A stretch of DNA of 64,000 nt, taken from positions 342,103-406,102 of the forward strand of contig CAVTIO010000003.1 in assembly GCA_963734935.1 (NCBI GenBank). The letters are read 5' to 3'. The notes beneath the pieces were generated by a model. The model made no database searches. It was not told where the DNA came from and saw nothing but the letters and a program-made list of their open reading frames with translations. This DNA comes from an uncultured Chloroflexia bacterium (GTDB lineage: Bacteria > Chloroflexota > Limnocylindria > Limnocylindrales > CSP1-4). Positions 31,595 to 41,639 of the stretch are shown here, piece by piece. Position 1 is the stretch's first letter. Every line of letters begins with the position of its first letter. The position numbers and the translations under genes were made by a program.

Positions 31595-32911
31595 GCAACC
31601 TGACCAACATCACGACCATCGCACGCCGGGAGTACGGCGTCCGCGTTCGAACCCGGAGCTTCATCTTCGGGACGGCGCTGCTCGTGATCGGCGTGGTCGT
31701 GATCGCGCTGCTCCCGGTCATCATCCGCTACGTCGACCAGCACGATCAGACGCAGGTCGCCGTCTCCGCGGATTCGCCCGCGACGTCGGCGATGGCGGCC
31801 GCCACCCTCAACCGGCTGCTCAACCCGCCGGCGGCCGATGGGTCGAGCGACACGAGTGCCTCCTACGTGGTCACGGTCGTCGACGGGCCTGACGCCGCCC
31901 GCGCGGACGGTCCTCGACGGCAACGCCGGGGCAGGCCTCGCGATCACCAGGTCCGGCGATGGCGAGCTCAACTTCGTCCTCTACACGAACGACAGCTCGA
32001 CCGGCCGGACGGCCACCCTCGTGGGGCAGGCCGCGAACGCCGTTGCGATCGCGGATCGCCTGAACCGGGCGGGCGTCGCGCCGGCCGACCAGGCCACGAT
32101 GTTCGCGGCAGCGCAGTTCCAGGTCGAGTCCCCGGACCCGGACAAGACCGGCCCCGTTCAGGACGCGCTGACCGAGGCGAGCCAGGACTTGTTGGGGTTC
32201 GGGATGACGATCCTCATCTTCATGATCATCGTCATGTACGGGAACTGGATCGCGATGAGCGTGGTCGAGGAGAAGTCGTCGCGGGTGATGGAGGTCGTGC
32301 TCAACGCGGCGACCCCGTTCCAGCTTCTGGCAGGCAAGGTGCTGGGCGTCGGTGGCGTCGCGTTCACGCAATACGGGGCGGTCGTGGTCGCGGGACTGGT
32401 GTCGCTGGCGCTGTTCAACCCGATCAGCACGATCGTGCTGGGCGAGAACGCATCATCGCTGTCGCTTCCCAGCGGCCTGACGCCGGGCCTGCTGGTCGCG
32501 TTCGGCGTGTACGGTGTGCTCGGATTCCTGATGTACGCCTCGCTGTATGCGGCGGCCGGCTCGCTGGTCAGCCGGATCGAGGACGTCAACGCGGCTGTCA
32601 TGCCGATGACGTTCCTGTCGATGGGCGGCTACTTCATCGGCATCTACGCGGCCATGGGCCTGCTCGACATCGGCTCGGGCTGGGTGACGGTGCTGTCGCT
32701 GATCCCGTTCTTCAGCCCGTTCATGATGCTCGGCCGGATCGCCGTCGGCAGCGCCGTGCCGTGGGAGGTCGTGGTCTCCGTGATCCTGCTCGTCGTGGGC
32801 ATCGCGGTCGCGGTCTGGGTGGCCGCCCGCATCTACGCCGCGGGCGTGCTGCTGTACGGGCAGCGGCCGGGCATCCGAACGGTTTGGCGGCTGATGCGCG
32901 AGGGCATGTGA
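31591..32911 (+). pseudogene. ABC-2 permease (NatB/YhaP-like), split by an apparent +1 frameshift near 31900-31906
   Basis: N-terminus (IARREY...TRSF) is in the 31591 frame; the rest (TVLDG...VVEEKSSRVMEV...GKVLG...PFFSPF) is in the 31838 frame. Removing one G in CGCGCGGACG restores a single ORF. Confidence 0.8.
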
Positions 32912-32987
32912 GCCGACGCCGATGCCACCCGCTGACCGCGGTGGTGCCGCGGGTGGCCGGTACGTCGCGGGCCTATTTTCGAGGCTG

Positions 32988-33760
32988 TCAGGCAGCGCAG
33001 GTGATCCGTGGGTTCCACTCGAAGAACATGCCGTTGGGGTTCTCGTTCCAGATCCAGGCGTGGAGCTCGTAGAACGGCGGCAGGCCGTAGCGGTTACCCG
33101 CCTCGACCAGACTGAACGTGTGCCCGAACAGGCTGGGTGGAGCGGCGTGCGCCGAGTCCCAGGCGGCGGCGAAGACCAGGTACTCGACACCGACGAGACG
33201 GTAGCTGCCGTCGGTGGCCGGCTGGTACATGAGCGCCTCGGGTCGGAGTGGATCGATCGCGCCATCGATCACCAGCCCCAGGTTCACGAAGTGCTGGCCC
33301 ATCGCACCCTGTCCCGGCTCGTCGGTGCAGACATAGAAGGGACCGTAGCCCGCGGCCTCAGCCGCCGACAGCCGGTGGTAGTCGGCCGTCGCCGCGCGGA
33401 CGTCGGAGAGGCTCGCCTGTGAGACAGCCGCCGGGCTGTCGTTGTCCCGGAAGTCGTAGAAGGTGTCGGGCGCCTCCGACGCCGGGATCCCGAATGCGTG
33501 CAGGGCCCAGCCCCAGGTGAAGCCATCGGGAAGTGCGCGTCCGCACACGATCCCATCCTCGTTGCCCGCCACACCGTCGAACAGCGCGCCGTCCGGTTCC
33601 GGCGTGAGGTTCGCGTCGTCGATCTCGGCCGGCAGCTTGTAGCGGCTGTCGAGCGCCTCCCACTCGTCCACGGTGCGTGCGGTGTAGGCGCTCGGGCAAC
33701 CGTTGTCCGTCGGAGCGGCAATGGCGATGCCTGCGGCCGGCAACAGGGCCAGACCTGCGA
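32988..33760 (-). CDS. Secreted-type hypothetical protein, 5' end apparently lost
   Basis: Signal-peptide tail LAGLALLPAAGIAIAAP with no upstream start in frame; C-terminal GAMGQHFVN...PEALMY...LVGVEY...LHAWIW...NPNGMF domain. Confidence 0.7.
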
Positions 33761-34144
33761 GTTGCCCGACATTCCCATCAGCGCGAACCGGTCGAGGTGC
33801 TCGGCCTCGACCACGGCGTCGAGGTCCCTCAGCAGCGCATCGAGCGAGAAGTCGCGCACCGCCCAGTCCGAGAGGCCGTGCCCGCGCAGGTCGAAACGGA
33901 TGAGCGTGGTGAACTCGCCCAGGTCCTCGAGGAAGTGCCGCCAGACCGGGCTCTGCCAGTCGTGCTACAGGTGGCTCAGCCAGCAGGCGACCACCACCAG
34001 CGGCGGCCCGCGTCCGTGGCGGGCGTGGGCGATCCGAACACCGTCGCGGCTGCGCGAGAAGTGGATCTGCTGGCTGTCGGCCGTCGCTCGGATTCCGGCC
34101 GGCGGGGACGCGACCATGGGCTCATCGCACGCCGCGACGTCCAT
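33760..34144 (-). pseudogene. Truncated alpha/beta hydrolase with in-frame TAG
   Basis: QQIHFSRSRDGVRIA...WLSHL*HDWQSPVWRH...RFDLRGHGLSDW...FALMGMSG, then homology ends; TAG at 33965-33967. Confidence 0.85.
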
Positions 34145-34229
34145 GGTTCCGAGCGTGCCAGCACGCAGCACGCCGCCGGCCTCGGGCGCCCGCTGGCGCC
34201 GTCCACGCACGCCGGCGTTTGCGTGTTCG

Positions 34230-34997
34230 TCAGCCGCCGCCCGCCATGAGCGCGACGACCAGGACGAGGCACGCCCCCGCCGCGATCGCCGGATCGAGCC
34301 AGGACCAGCGCACGACGCGGTACCGGGTCCTGGGTCCCGAGCCGAACGCGCGCGCGTCCATCGCCAGCGCGAGCCGGTCGCCATGCCGGATGGCCAGCAC
34401 CAGCAGGCCCACCAGGAGGCGCGGATGCCAGGATCCACGAAGCCCCCGGATGCGGCGGGCCTGGCGCAGCGACGTGAGGTGCTCGAGGAGCTTCGGGATC
34501 GCCTGGTAGGCGGCAAGGGCACCGTACGCGAACCGCTCGGGCGCGCGGCCCTGCTGGACGAGCGAGTCGACGAGCCTGGTCGAGTCGGTGGTCTGGGCGA
34601 ACACCACACCAACCGAGGCGATCGCGATCACGCGGGCCGCCAGGCCGGCTCCCGCGGCCAGGGCCGCCCAGGTGATCCGAACCGGGCCGATGAGCACGGC
34701 GACCGCCTGGGTCGGATCCGAGTTGGAGCCCGAGAACAGGGCGTTCGACAGACCGATCGCGAGCGCCGCCAGCCACAGCGGCGCGACCCCTGCGAACAGG
34801 CGTCGGCCGGGGATGTCGCCCAGCACGCGACCCGCAACGAGCACCGCGGCCGTGACCAGCAGCGGTGGCAGGATCGCCCGCGTCAAGGCGAGCCCGGCGA
34901 GGAGCCCCAGCGCCACGATCAGCTTTGTCAGCGGGCTGACACGGCCGAGGACGCTCACGAGCTGCACCTCGGACGGTTCGATGCGGCGCAGGATCAT
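34230..34997 (-). CDS. ECF transporter transmembrane component T
   Basis: PLTKL, QARRIRG and AMDARAFG...RT motifs. Confidence 0.9.
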   Translation of the reverse strand: MILRRIEPSEVQLVSVLGRVSPLTKLIVALGLLAGLALTRAILPPLLVTAAVLVAGRVLGDIPGRRLFAGVAPLWLAALAIGLSNALFSGSNSDPTQAVAVLIGPVRITWAALAAGAGLAARVIAIASVGVVFAQTTDSTRLVDSLVQQGRAPERFAYGALAAYQAIPKLLEHLTSLRQARRIRGLRGSWHPRLLVGLLVLAIRHGDRLALAMDARAFGSGPRTRYRVVRWSWLDPAIAAGACLVLVVALMAGGG

Positions 34998-36664
34998 GCC
35001 GTCAGTCCCCCACCAACCGCAACGATGCGTCCCTCCTCGACCCGGAGGATGCGGGTCGCGAAGGCATCGATGAACCGCTCGTCGTGGGTCGCGGCCAGCA
35101 CCGCGGCGCCGTCGTCGACACGTTCGGCGAGGATCTGCAGCAGCGCCTCGTGCCCACGGCGGTCCTGGCCGAAGGTCGGCTCGTCGAGGACCAGCAGTCG
35201 TGGGTGACGAACCAGCGCGGTTGCCAGCGAGAGTCGACGCTGCTCGCCCCCCGACAGCGTGTACGGGCTGCGGTCGCCGAACAGCGCCAGTGGCAGATCG
35301 ATGCGGTCCATGAGCGCCTCGGCGTTCCGGCGCGCGGTCTGATCGAGGCCGAGGGTGACCTCGTCCGCGACACGCAGCGTGACGAACTGCTGCTCCGGGT
35401 CCTGGAACAGGTAGGCGGCATGCTGCGCGAGGGCCGGGGGCGAGAGCCTCGACGGATCATGACCGTCCAGCCGAACCTGGCCCCGGGACGGCCGCAGGAG
35501 CCCGACCAGCAGCCGTCCGAGGGTCGACTTGCCCGATCCGTTGGTCCCGACGATCACCGTTCGCTCACCGGCGGCGACGGCGAGGTCGACGCCCTGGATC
35601 ACGTCGGGGCCGTCGTACGCGTAGCGGACGGCGCGTGCCGCGACCACGATCGGGCCGGGACCCGCGGCTCCATCGGGAGTACCGGGAGGAGGAGCGGCTC
35701 TGCGCCGAGAGAGACCGGCCGGCTCGTCGGGCAGCCAGGCGCCGGCCGCCAGCAGTCGATCGCGGGATCTTGCGAGCACCGCGGCCGGCGCCCCGAAGTC
35801 GATCGGCCGCCCATCGGGTCCCAGCGCCAGCACCCGATCCGCGAGCGACCAGGCGATGTCCACGCGATGCTCGACCAGCACCATCGTTACCGCACGCGCG
35901 GCCCGCAACGCGGTCATGCGAGCGGCGAACGCGCGCGCGGCAGGCGGGTCGAGGTTGGCTGTCGGCTCGTCCAGGACGAGGATCCCGGGCCGCGGCGCGA
36001 GCGCTCCGGCGAGCGCGAGGCGCTGCTGCTGGCCACCGGAGAGGCGCGACGTCCGGCGCCTCTCGAGACCCGCGAGACCCACCTCGTCGAGCGACTCGGG
36101 GACGCGGGCCAGCATCGACTCGCGCGACCACGCCCGGCTCTCGAGACCGAACGCGACGTCGTCCTCGACGCGCTCCATCACCAGCTGGCTGCCAGGATCC
36201 TGGAACACGAGCCCGACGCGGGCGGCAATCTCGCTTCCGGCCGTCGTCGTCGGATCCAGGCCATCGACGAGGAGCTGCCCTCGCCACTCCCCGGGGAGCT
36301 CGCGCGGGACGAGGCCGGCCAGTGCCAGGGCAAGCGTGCTCTTCCCGCACCCGGACGGACCGATGACGAGCAGGCACTCGCCCGCCTCCACCTCGAACGA
36401 GACGTCGGCGAATGCCGGCTGGGGCCGGCTCGCATAGCGGAACCAGAGCCCGTCAGCCCGGATCGAGCCTGGGTGGAGGGAGCCCGGTTGCGTCGAGCCC
36501 GGACCGCGCGCGACACCGTGAGCGGCAATCGGGCGGCGGGTGTCCGCATCGCCGCCGATCGGGTGCGCGTCAGCGGCAATCGGGTGCGCGTCCTGGCGCG
36601 CCCCGCCGGGTCGATCAGGCGTCAGCGGGGAACCCCTCCAGCACGCCGGCGCGACGAAGCACAC
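34994..36664 (-). CDS. ECF transporter fused double ATPase (YkoD-like; start uncertain)
   Basis: Two Walker A motifs (GPSGCGKST, GTNGSGKST), two LSGG signatures, DEPTANLD and DEPTFGQD. Confidence 0.9.
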   Translation of the reverse strand: MCFVAPACWRGSPLTPDRPGGARQDAHPIAADAHPIGGDADTRRPIAAHGVARGPGSTQPGSLHPGSIRADGLWFRYASRPQPAFADVSFEVEAGECLLVIGPSGCGKSTLALALAGLVPRELPGEWRGQLLVDGLDPTTTAGSEIAARVGLVFQDPGSQLVMERVEDDVAFGLESRAWSRESMLARVPESLDEVGLAGLERRRTSRLSGGQQQRLALAGALAPRPGILVLDEPTANLDPPAARAFAARMTALRAARAVTMVLVEHRVDIAWSLADRVLALGPDGRPIDFGAPAAVLARSRDRLLAAGAWLPDEPAGLSRRRAAPPPGTPDGAAGPGPIVVAARAVRYAYDGPDVIQGVDLAVAAGERTVIVGTNGSGKSTLGRLLVGLLRPSRGQVRLDGHDPSRLSPPALAQHAAYLFQDPEQQFVTLRVADEVTLGLDQTARRNAEALMDRIDLPLALFGDRSPYTLSGGEQRRLSLATALVRHPRLLVLDEPTFGQDRRGHEALLQILAERVDDGAAVLAATHDERFIDAFATRILRVEEGRIVAVGGGLTA

Positions 36665-37214
36665 GAACGAGCACGACCGACCCGCCAGCCACGATGACGA
36701 TCGCCGAGATCGCCATCATCACGCCCCGGACCAGCTGGAGCTCGATCGACACGTCCGGGTAGTACAGGACCCAGTCGTGGATCCACGCCCCAGCCGCCGA
36801 CGCGACCGCAGCCGCCGCGAGCACGGGGAACGACCAGGACCGGTAGAGGGTGAACGCGAACACCATCTCGGCCGCGGCGCCCTGGACGAACCCGGACAGG
36901 AGCGTGTCCGGTCCCCACTGGCTGCCGATGATCGTCGAGACGCCGGCGGCAACCATCTCCGCGAACAGCGCGGCACCCGGCTTGCGCACGATCAGCGGCG
37001 CCAGCACTGCGGGCATGAGCCACACCGCGTACAGCAGGTCCTTCGCGGGCGGTGCGAGGGCGAACAGCGGCGTGAACCCCTCCCAGAGCAGCCCCCACGC
37101 CCAGAACACCACCCCGAACGTCACGCCGATGATCGCGGTCACGACCACGTCGCGCGTCCGCCAGGTTGTCTGATCAGGGGTCGCCGGCCCCCGGGTCGAT
37201 ACCACCGTCGCCAT
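36615..37214 (-). CDS. ECF S component, YkoE-like (thiamine/HMP)
   Basis: WRTRDVVV, RKPGAALFAE and SGFVQGAAAE; lies downstream of a TPP riboswitch. Confidence 0.9.
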   Translation of the reverse strand: MATVVSTRGPATPDQTTWRTRDVVVTAIIGVTFGVVFWAWGLLWEGFTPLFALAPPAKDLLYAVWLMPAVLAPLIVRKPGAALFAEMVAAGVSTIIGSQWGPDTLLSGFVQGAAAEMVFAFTLYRSWSFPVLAAAAVASAAGAWIHDWVLYYPDVSIELQLVRGVMMAISAIVIVAGGSVVLVRVLRRAGVLEGFPADA

Positions 37215-37282
37215 TGAAACCGAGAACCTCCACATCACGACAACGCCGCCCCCGGGAGCCGGGGACGGCATCACGCGTGCGG

Positions 37283-37375
37283 GCCTGCTTCCTTCGCCGG
37301 TACGAACCGGATCAGGTTCCGCGGGTCTGTGGCTCCAGCCACACTCTCAGCGCTGATCGCGCTCCCCGGAGGCGA
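37283..37375 (-). ncRNA. TPP riboswitch
   Basis: Reverse complement contains GGGGAGC...GCTGAGAG...GACCC...GAACCTGATCCGGTTCGTACCGGCGAAGGAAG; followed by a GC hairpin at about 37244-37270. Confidence 0.93.
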
Positions 37376-38333
37376 GTCTTCGGTTGTCGCCCGAGTCTAC
37401 ACCCGGGTTTCGGTATGCCCCGGCAGCCACTTCCATCGCCGCCGCACCTCCAACCACCGCCGCGCGGCTCGCCTCGAGCAACGGCCGCTGGCCATCGATC
37501 CAGGCCACCGCCTCACCCAGCACGAGGTCGCGCTCGCGCTCATGGTGCGTCTCGTGACGGAGCCCCTCGTGGACGTGGCGGACCGTGTTGCCCATCGACT
37601 GGAACGGCTCCGATGCCGAGACGGGCACGATCGGATCCTCGGCGCCGTGGAACACGTACGTCGGGATCGGCATCGCCGGCAGAATTGCGAGGGCCTCACG
37701 CAGCCGATCTTGCTCCGCCAGGCCTTCGTAGCCGAAGCGGGTCGTGCTCTTGGGCACCAGCAGTGGATCGTTGTTGTACGCCTCGCCAATCGCGGGGTCG
37801 TGGGACAGCCCGTCGCTCAGCCGTCCATTCGACACCCGCATGTGCGGCAGCACGTTGGCCAGGCCGGTGACGAGCGCTCGTTTCCAGGCCGGGAGCTCCA
37901 CCGCCACGGCGGGCGAGGAAAGGACGAGCAGGTCAGGCAGCGGACGGGCGACCGGCGACACCACGTACCCGCACGCGATGAGCCCGCCCAGAGAATGGCC
38001 CCAGACGATCAGCGGCAGGTCCGGATGCTCCGCGCCGAGCGCCGTGATCCGCGCCTCGAGGTCGTCGTGATACTGGCGCCAGTCATTAACGTGGCCCCGG
38101 CGTCCCGCCGACCGTCCGAAACCGCGCAGGTCGTAGCCGTGGGTCTCGATCCGATCCGCGGTGAGCGCAGCGGCGACGGTCGAGTACCGACCCGCGTGCT
38201 CGGCGAGCCCATGAACGATCAGCGCCATCGCCCAGGGATCACCGGCCGCGGGCCAATGCAACGTGCGGAGGAGCGTGCCGTCCGCCATGCGCGCGGTACC
38301 CTCGGCGATGGGCAGCGACGAATGATCGATCAT
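37347..38333 (-). CDS. Lysophospholipase/monoglyceride lipase-like alpha/beta hydrolase
   Basis: VHGLAEHAGRY, DLRGFGRS, GHSLGG, HGAEDPIV and HETHHE. Confidence 0.9.
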   Translation of the reverse strand: MIDHSSLPIAEGTARMADGTLLRTLHWPAAGDPWAMALIVHGLAEHAGRYSTVAAALTADRIETHGYDLRGFGRSAGRRGHVNDWRQYHDDLEARITALGAEHPDLPLIVWGHSLGGLIACGYVVSPVARPLPDLLVLSSPAVAVELPAWKRALVTGLANVLPHMRVSNGRLSDGLSHDPAIGEAYNNDPLLVPKSTTRFGYEGLAEQDRLREALAILPAMPIPTYVFHGAEDPIVPVSASEPFQSMGNTVRHVHEGLRHETHHERERDLVLGEAVAWIDGQRPLLEASRAAVVGGAAAMEVAAGAYRNPGVDSGDNRRLASGERDQR

Positions 38334-38395
38334 CGACGACCTCCCTCGCCGGCCAGCGTAGCCTGTCGAGTGGTGGTGCCGCTACGATCGTGCGC

Positions 38396-39226
38396 ATGAC
38401 GCGCATGGCCGGGACCTGGACCGAGATCGCCGACCGGGTGGTCGTGGGTCGCTATCGCTTTCTCGACCAGGACATCGTGGCCGTGCTCGGCCACGATGCG
38501 GCGCTCGTCGTGGACACCCGCACCACGCCACGGCAGGCGCGTGAGCTGCTCGACGACCTTCGCGATCTTGGCTCGCCGCGCGTCGGGATCGTCGTCAACA
38601 CGCACGGCCACTACGACCACGCGTTCGGCAATGCGGTGTTCCGGCCGGCCGTCATCTGGGGCCATGATCGGTGCGCCACGATGATCCGTGAGACCGGCGA
38701 TCGGCAGCGGACCGAGACCGCCGCTGCCACGCCCGGGCTGGCGAATGACCTGGCCGAGGTCGTTCTCGACCCTCCCGATCGGACGTTCGCGCGAGAGGCG
38801 GTCATCGATCTCGACGGGCGACCGATCGAGCTCGCCTATCTCGGGCGAGGACACACCGACAACGACATCGTGATCCGGATCCCCGATGCCGACGTGGTGT
38901 GTGCGGGCGATCTGCTCGAGAACGGCGCACCCCCCTATTTCGGCGATGGCTTCCCGCTCGACTGGCCCGCGACCGTCGAGACGCTGGCCGGGCTCGTCGG
39001 TCCAGGGACGATGGTGGTCCCGGGTCACGGTGATCCCGGCGGGCAGGCGTTCGTCGCCGACTCACTGGCTGCGCTCGAGGCGATCGCCGCGCTGGGACGA
39101 CGCGTCCATGCGGGCGAGCTCACGCTCGAGGACGCGATGGAGGTCGCCCCCTACCCGGCGGCCGCGGCCCGCGAGCCGCTCGCTCGGACCCTGGCCCAGC
39201 TGCGAGGCGAGCTTGACGACCGTTGA
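38396..39226 (+). CDS. MBL-fold metallo-hydrolase
   Basis: THGHYDHAFGN, GHTDND, GDL and PGHG; TACGAT 7 nt before ATG. Confidence 0.92.
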   Translation: MTRMAGTWTEIADRVVVGRYRFLDQDIVAVLGHDAALVVDTRTTPRQARELLDDLRDLGSPRVGIVVNTHGHYDHAFGNAVFRPAVIWGHDRCATMIRETGDRQRTETAAATPGLANDLAEVVLDPPDRTFAREAVIDLDGRPIELAYLGRGHTDNDIVIRIPDADVVCAGDLLENGAPPYFGDGFPLDWPATVETLAGLVGPGTMVVPGHGDPGGQAFVADSLAALEAIAALGRRVHAGELTLEDAMEVAPYPAAAAREPLARTLAQLRGELDDR

Positions 39227-39264
39227 GGCGGGTGCAACTCGACTAGCTTCCCCGGCGCCGGCGG

Positions 39265-40269
39265 TCAGCCGCAGACCCTGACGATCCAGCGACCCCGTGC
39301 CCGACCCTCCACGATCGCGTCCAGGGCCGGTTCGAGCGCCTCCAGCTCGACCTCGGCGAGTGCGAGCTCGGTACCGTGCGGAGCGAGGTCGCCGGCCAGC
39401 CGAGCCCACAGCGCGCGCCGCGGCTCGATCGGCATGTTCGCGCTGTCCATCCCCAGCAACGAGACACCGCGCAGGATGAACGGAAACACCGTCGTCTCGA
39501 GCTCGGCCCCGCTCGCGTTGCCCGACGACGCGACTGCCGCCCCGATCCGCAGTGTCCGCAGCACGTATGGCAGCGTGGCAGCGCCCACCGTGTCCACCGC
39601 CCCCGCCCAGCGCGCCCTCTCGAGCGGTCGCCCCGGGCCCGACACCTCGTCCCGCGCCAGGAACCCCGATGCGCCAAGCGCTCGGAGGCGATCGTGCTCG
39701 TCCGGCTTGCCCGTTGCGGCCCAGACCTCATGGCCGCGCGCCGCCAGGATCGCCACCGCCGCCGATCCCACCCCGCCCGAGGCGCCCGTCACCAGCACCG
39801 GACCGCCACCGGGTCGCAGGCCGTGGCGTTCGAGCGCGTCCACGCTCATCGCTGCCGTGAACCCGGCGGTCCCGATCGCCATCGCGGCGCGAGCGTCCAG
39901 GCCGTTGGGCATGGGAACCACCCAGCCGGTCGGCAGCCGCGCAAGCTCCGCGTAGCCGCCGTGTCGTGACGTGCCGATGTCGTAGCCGTTCGCCAGCACC
40001 GCCGTCCCGGTCGGGATCTCCGGTGCGTCCGAGACGATCACCGTGCCGGCCAGGTCGATACCCGGGACCAGCGGGTAAGTCCGTGCGACGTGACCGTCCT
40101 CCAGGGCGGCCAGGCCATCCTTGAAGTTCACTCCCGACCACTCGACGCGCACCACGACCTCGCCCGGCGGAAGGTCGTCCGGGGTCAGAGCCGCGAGGCC
40201 ACGCCGGAACTCGCCGTCGGCCGGCCGGTCCACCACGTACGCGCGAAATGCCTCGGGCAGGTCAGACAT
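39265..40269 (-). CDS. YhdH/AcuI-like MDR oxidoreductase (putative acryloyl-CoA reductase)
   Basis: NFKDGLA, PGIDLAG, GTAGFTA, TGASGGVG and PFILRGVSLLGMDS. Confidence 0.9.
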   Translation of the reverse strand: MSDLPEAFRAYVVDRPADGEFRRGLAALTPDDLPPGEVVVRVEWSGVNFKDGLAALEDGHVARTYPLVPGIDLAGTVIVSDAPEIPTGTAVLANGYDIGTSRHGGYAELARLPTGWVVPMPNGLDARAAMAIGTAGFTAAMSVDALERHGLRPGGGPVLVTGASGGVGSAAVAILAARGHEVWAATGKPDEHDRLRALGASGFLARDEVSGPGRPLERARWAGAVDTVGAATLPYVLRTLRIGAAVASSGNASGAELETTVFPFILRGVSLLGMDSANMPIEPRRALWARLAGDLAPHGTELALAEVELEALEPALDAIVEGRARGRWIVRVCG

Positions 40270-40451
40270 GCGTCGATCCTAGGCCACCGTGCGAGTCGCC
40301 GCGAGGCCGCGCGGTCCTCCGTGCATCCGCTCATGCGCCATCCGCCAAATCCGCCCATGCGCCCATGCGCCCGCGCGCCGTGCGCCCATGCGCCCGCGCG
40401 GTGGCGCAGCTGTACCCAAGGGTTAGCGCAGCCCAACTACACACCTATCTG

Positions 40452-40637
40452 CGATGACACTCCGCGCATCAGGCATCGGGACACGCTCTTGGTTGCAGGG
40501 ACTTTCTCTCTCACTTCTGATGACTCTCTGGGCATCAGGCGTCAGCTGCCATCGGTCCGACAGCCGTCCTCCATCGGGCAGCCGTCCTCCATCGGCCGTC
40601 CGTTCGAGCGCCCCAAGTGATGCCTGGATTGTCATCA
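40452..40637. repeat. Three copies of a 20-bp palindromic REP-like motif (two direct, one inverted)
   Basis: CGATGACACTCCGCGCATCA 40452, TGATGACTCTCTGGGCATCA 40518 and inverted TGATGCCTGGATTGTCATCA 40618. Confidence 0.75.
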
Positions 40638-40665
40638 GCAACCAATGCTCGAGAGTCTGCACGGC

Positions 40666-40769
40666 GGCACAGCACAGCGGTCGGCACAGCACAGCGGTCG
40701 GCACAGCACAGCAGTCGACGGCGGCGCGGCACAGCGGTCGACGGCGGCACAGCACAGCGGTCGACGGCG
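40666..40769. repeat. Degenerate GGCACAGCACAGCGGTC tandem repeats
   Basis: About 5 imperfect copies of a 17-22 bp unit read directly. Confidence 0.85.
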
Positions 40770-40806
40770 AACGGCGCAAGGCGGGCGGCACCTTCACTGG
40801 ACGGAT

Positions 40807-40834
40807 TCTCGGCAACCTCACAGGAAACTCTCAG
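40807..40834 (+). promoter_or_regulatory. OmpR-family direct-repeat box upstream of the response regulator
   Basis: TCTCGG-N5-TCACAG-N5-TCTCAG, 11-bp period, like mycobacterial PhoP/MprA boxes. Confidence 0.7.
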
Positions 40835-40883
40835 CCGCGGCGGTTGTCATTGGCGCATGCGGCCGGATCCGAACCCTCTTGTC

Positions 40884-41603
40884 ATGGCAACAGCACACGG
40901 CGCCCGAGGACTGTCGGGCCACATCCTCGTGGTGGACGACGAGCCGGCGATCACGGATCTGCTGGCAACGGCGCTTCGCTACATGGGCTATCGGGTCACC
41001 ACGGCCGCCAGCGGTCATGGGGCGCTCGAGGCCGCCGCAGTCGCCGCTCCGGACCTGGTCGTGCTCGACGTGATGCTCCCCGACATCGATGGCTTCGAGG
41101 TCTGCCGACGTCTGCGTGACGCGCGCGACTTCGTGCCCGTGATCTTCCTGTCGGCCCGCGACTCGGACGATGATCGGGTCACGGGCTTCGTCCGCGGTGG
41201 TGACGACTACGTGACCAAGCCATTCTCGCTCGAGGAGCTCACGCTCCGGATCGGGGCGCTGCTACGACGTGTCCGCGGTGGCGCCGAGGCCGAAGCCTCG
41301 CGGCTGCGGTATCGCGACCTCGCGATGGACGAGGACCGGCACCAGGTCTGGCGCGCCGAACAGGAGATCCACCTCTCCCCAACCGAGTTCCGGCTGCTTC
41401 GCTACTTCCTGCTGAACCCGGAGCGGGTGCTGTCGAAGCAGCAGATCCTCGATCACGTCTGGCAGTACGACTTCAACGGTGAGGACAACGTCGTCGAGAC
41501 ATACGTCAGCTACCTGCGACGGAAGATCGACCACGTCGAACCGCGGCTACTGCGCACCGTACGCGGGTTCGGCTACGTGCTGCGCGCCGACGGGCCGGCC
41601 TGA
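40884..41603 (+). CDS. OmpR/PhoP-family response regulator
   Basis: VVDDE, LDVMLP, GGDDYVTKPFSLEE, VVETYVSYLRRKID and TVRGFGY. Confidence 0.96.
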   Translation: MATAHGARGLSGHILVVDDEPAITDLLATALRYMGYRVTTAASGHGALEAAAVAAPDLVVLDVMLPDIDGFEVCRRLRDARDFVPVIFLSARDSDDDRVTGFVRGGDDYVTKPFSLEELTLRIGALLRRVRGGAEAEASRLRYRDLAMDEDRHQVWRAEQEIHLSPTEFRLLRYFLLNPERVLSKQQILDHVWQYDFNGEDNVVETYVSYLRRKIDHVEPRLLRTVRGFGYVLRADGPA

Positions 41604-41639
41604 GGGTGACGCGATGAGCACCAGAGCCTGGCGAGCGCA

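Noticed and set aside
31591-33072. 493-aa ORF as a genuine protein
   Set aside because: Only the first ~105 aa are permease-like; the remainder is out-of-frame read-through after the frameshift.
33965-33967. Pyrrolysine or programmed amber readthrough
   Set aside because: The gene is also 3'-truncated, the position corresponds to a likely Glu/Gln codon one substitution from TAG, and TAG is used as a normal stop elsewhere in the window.
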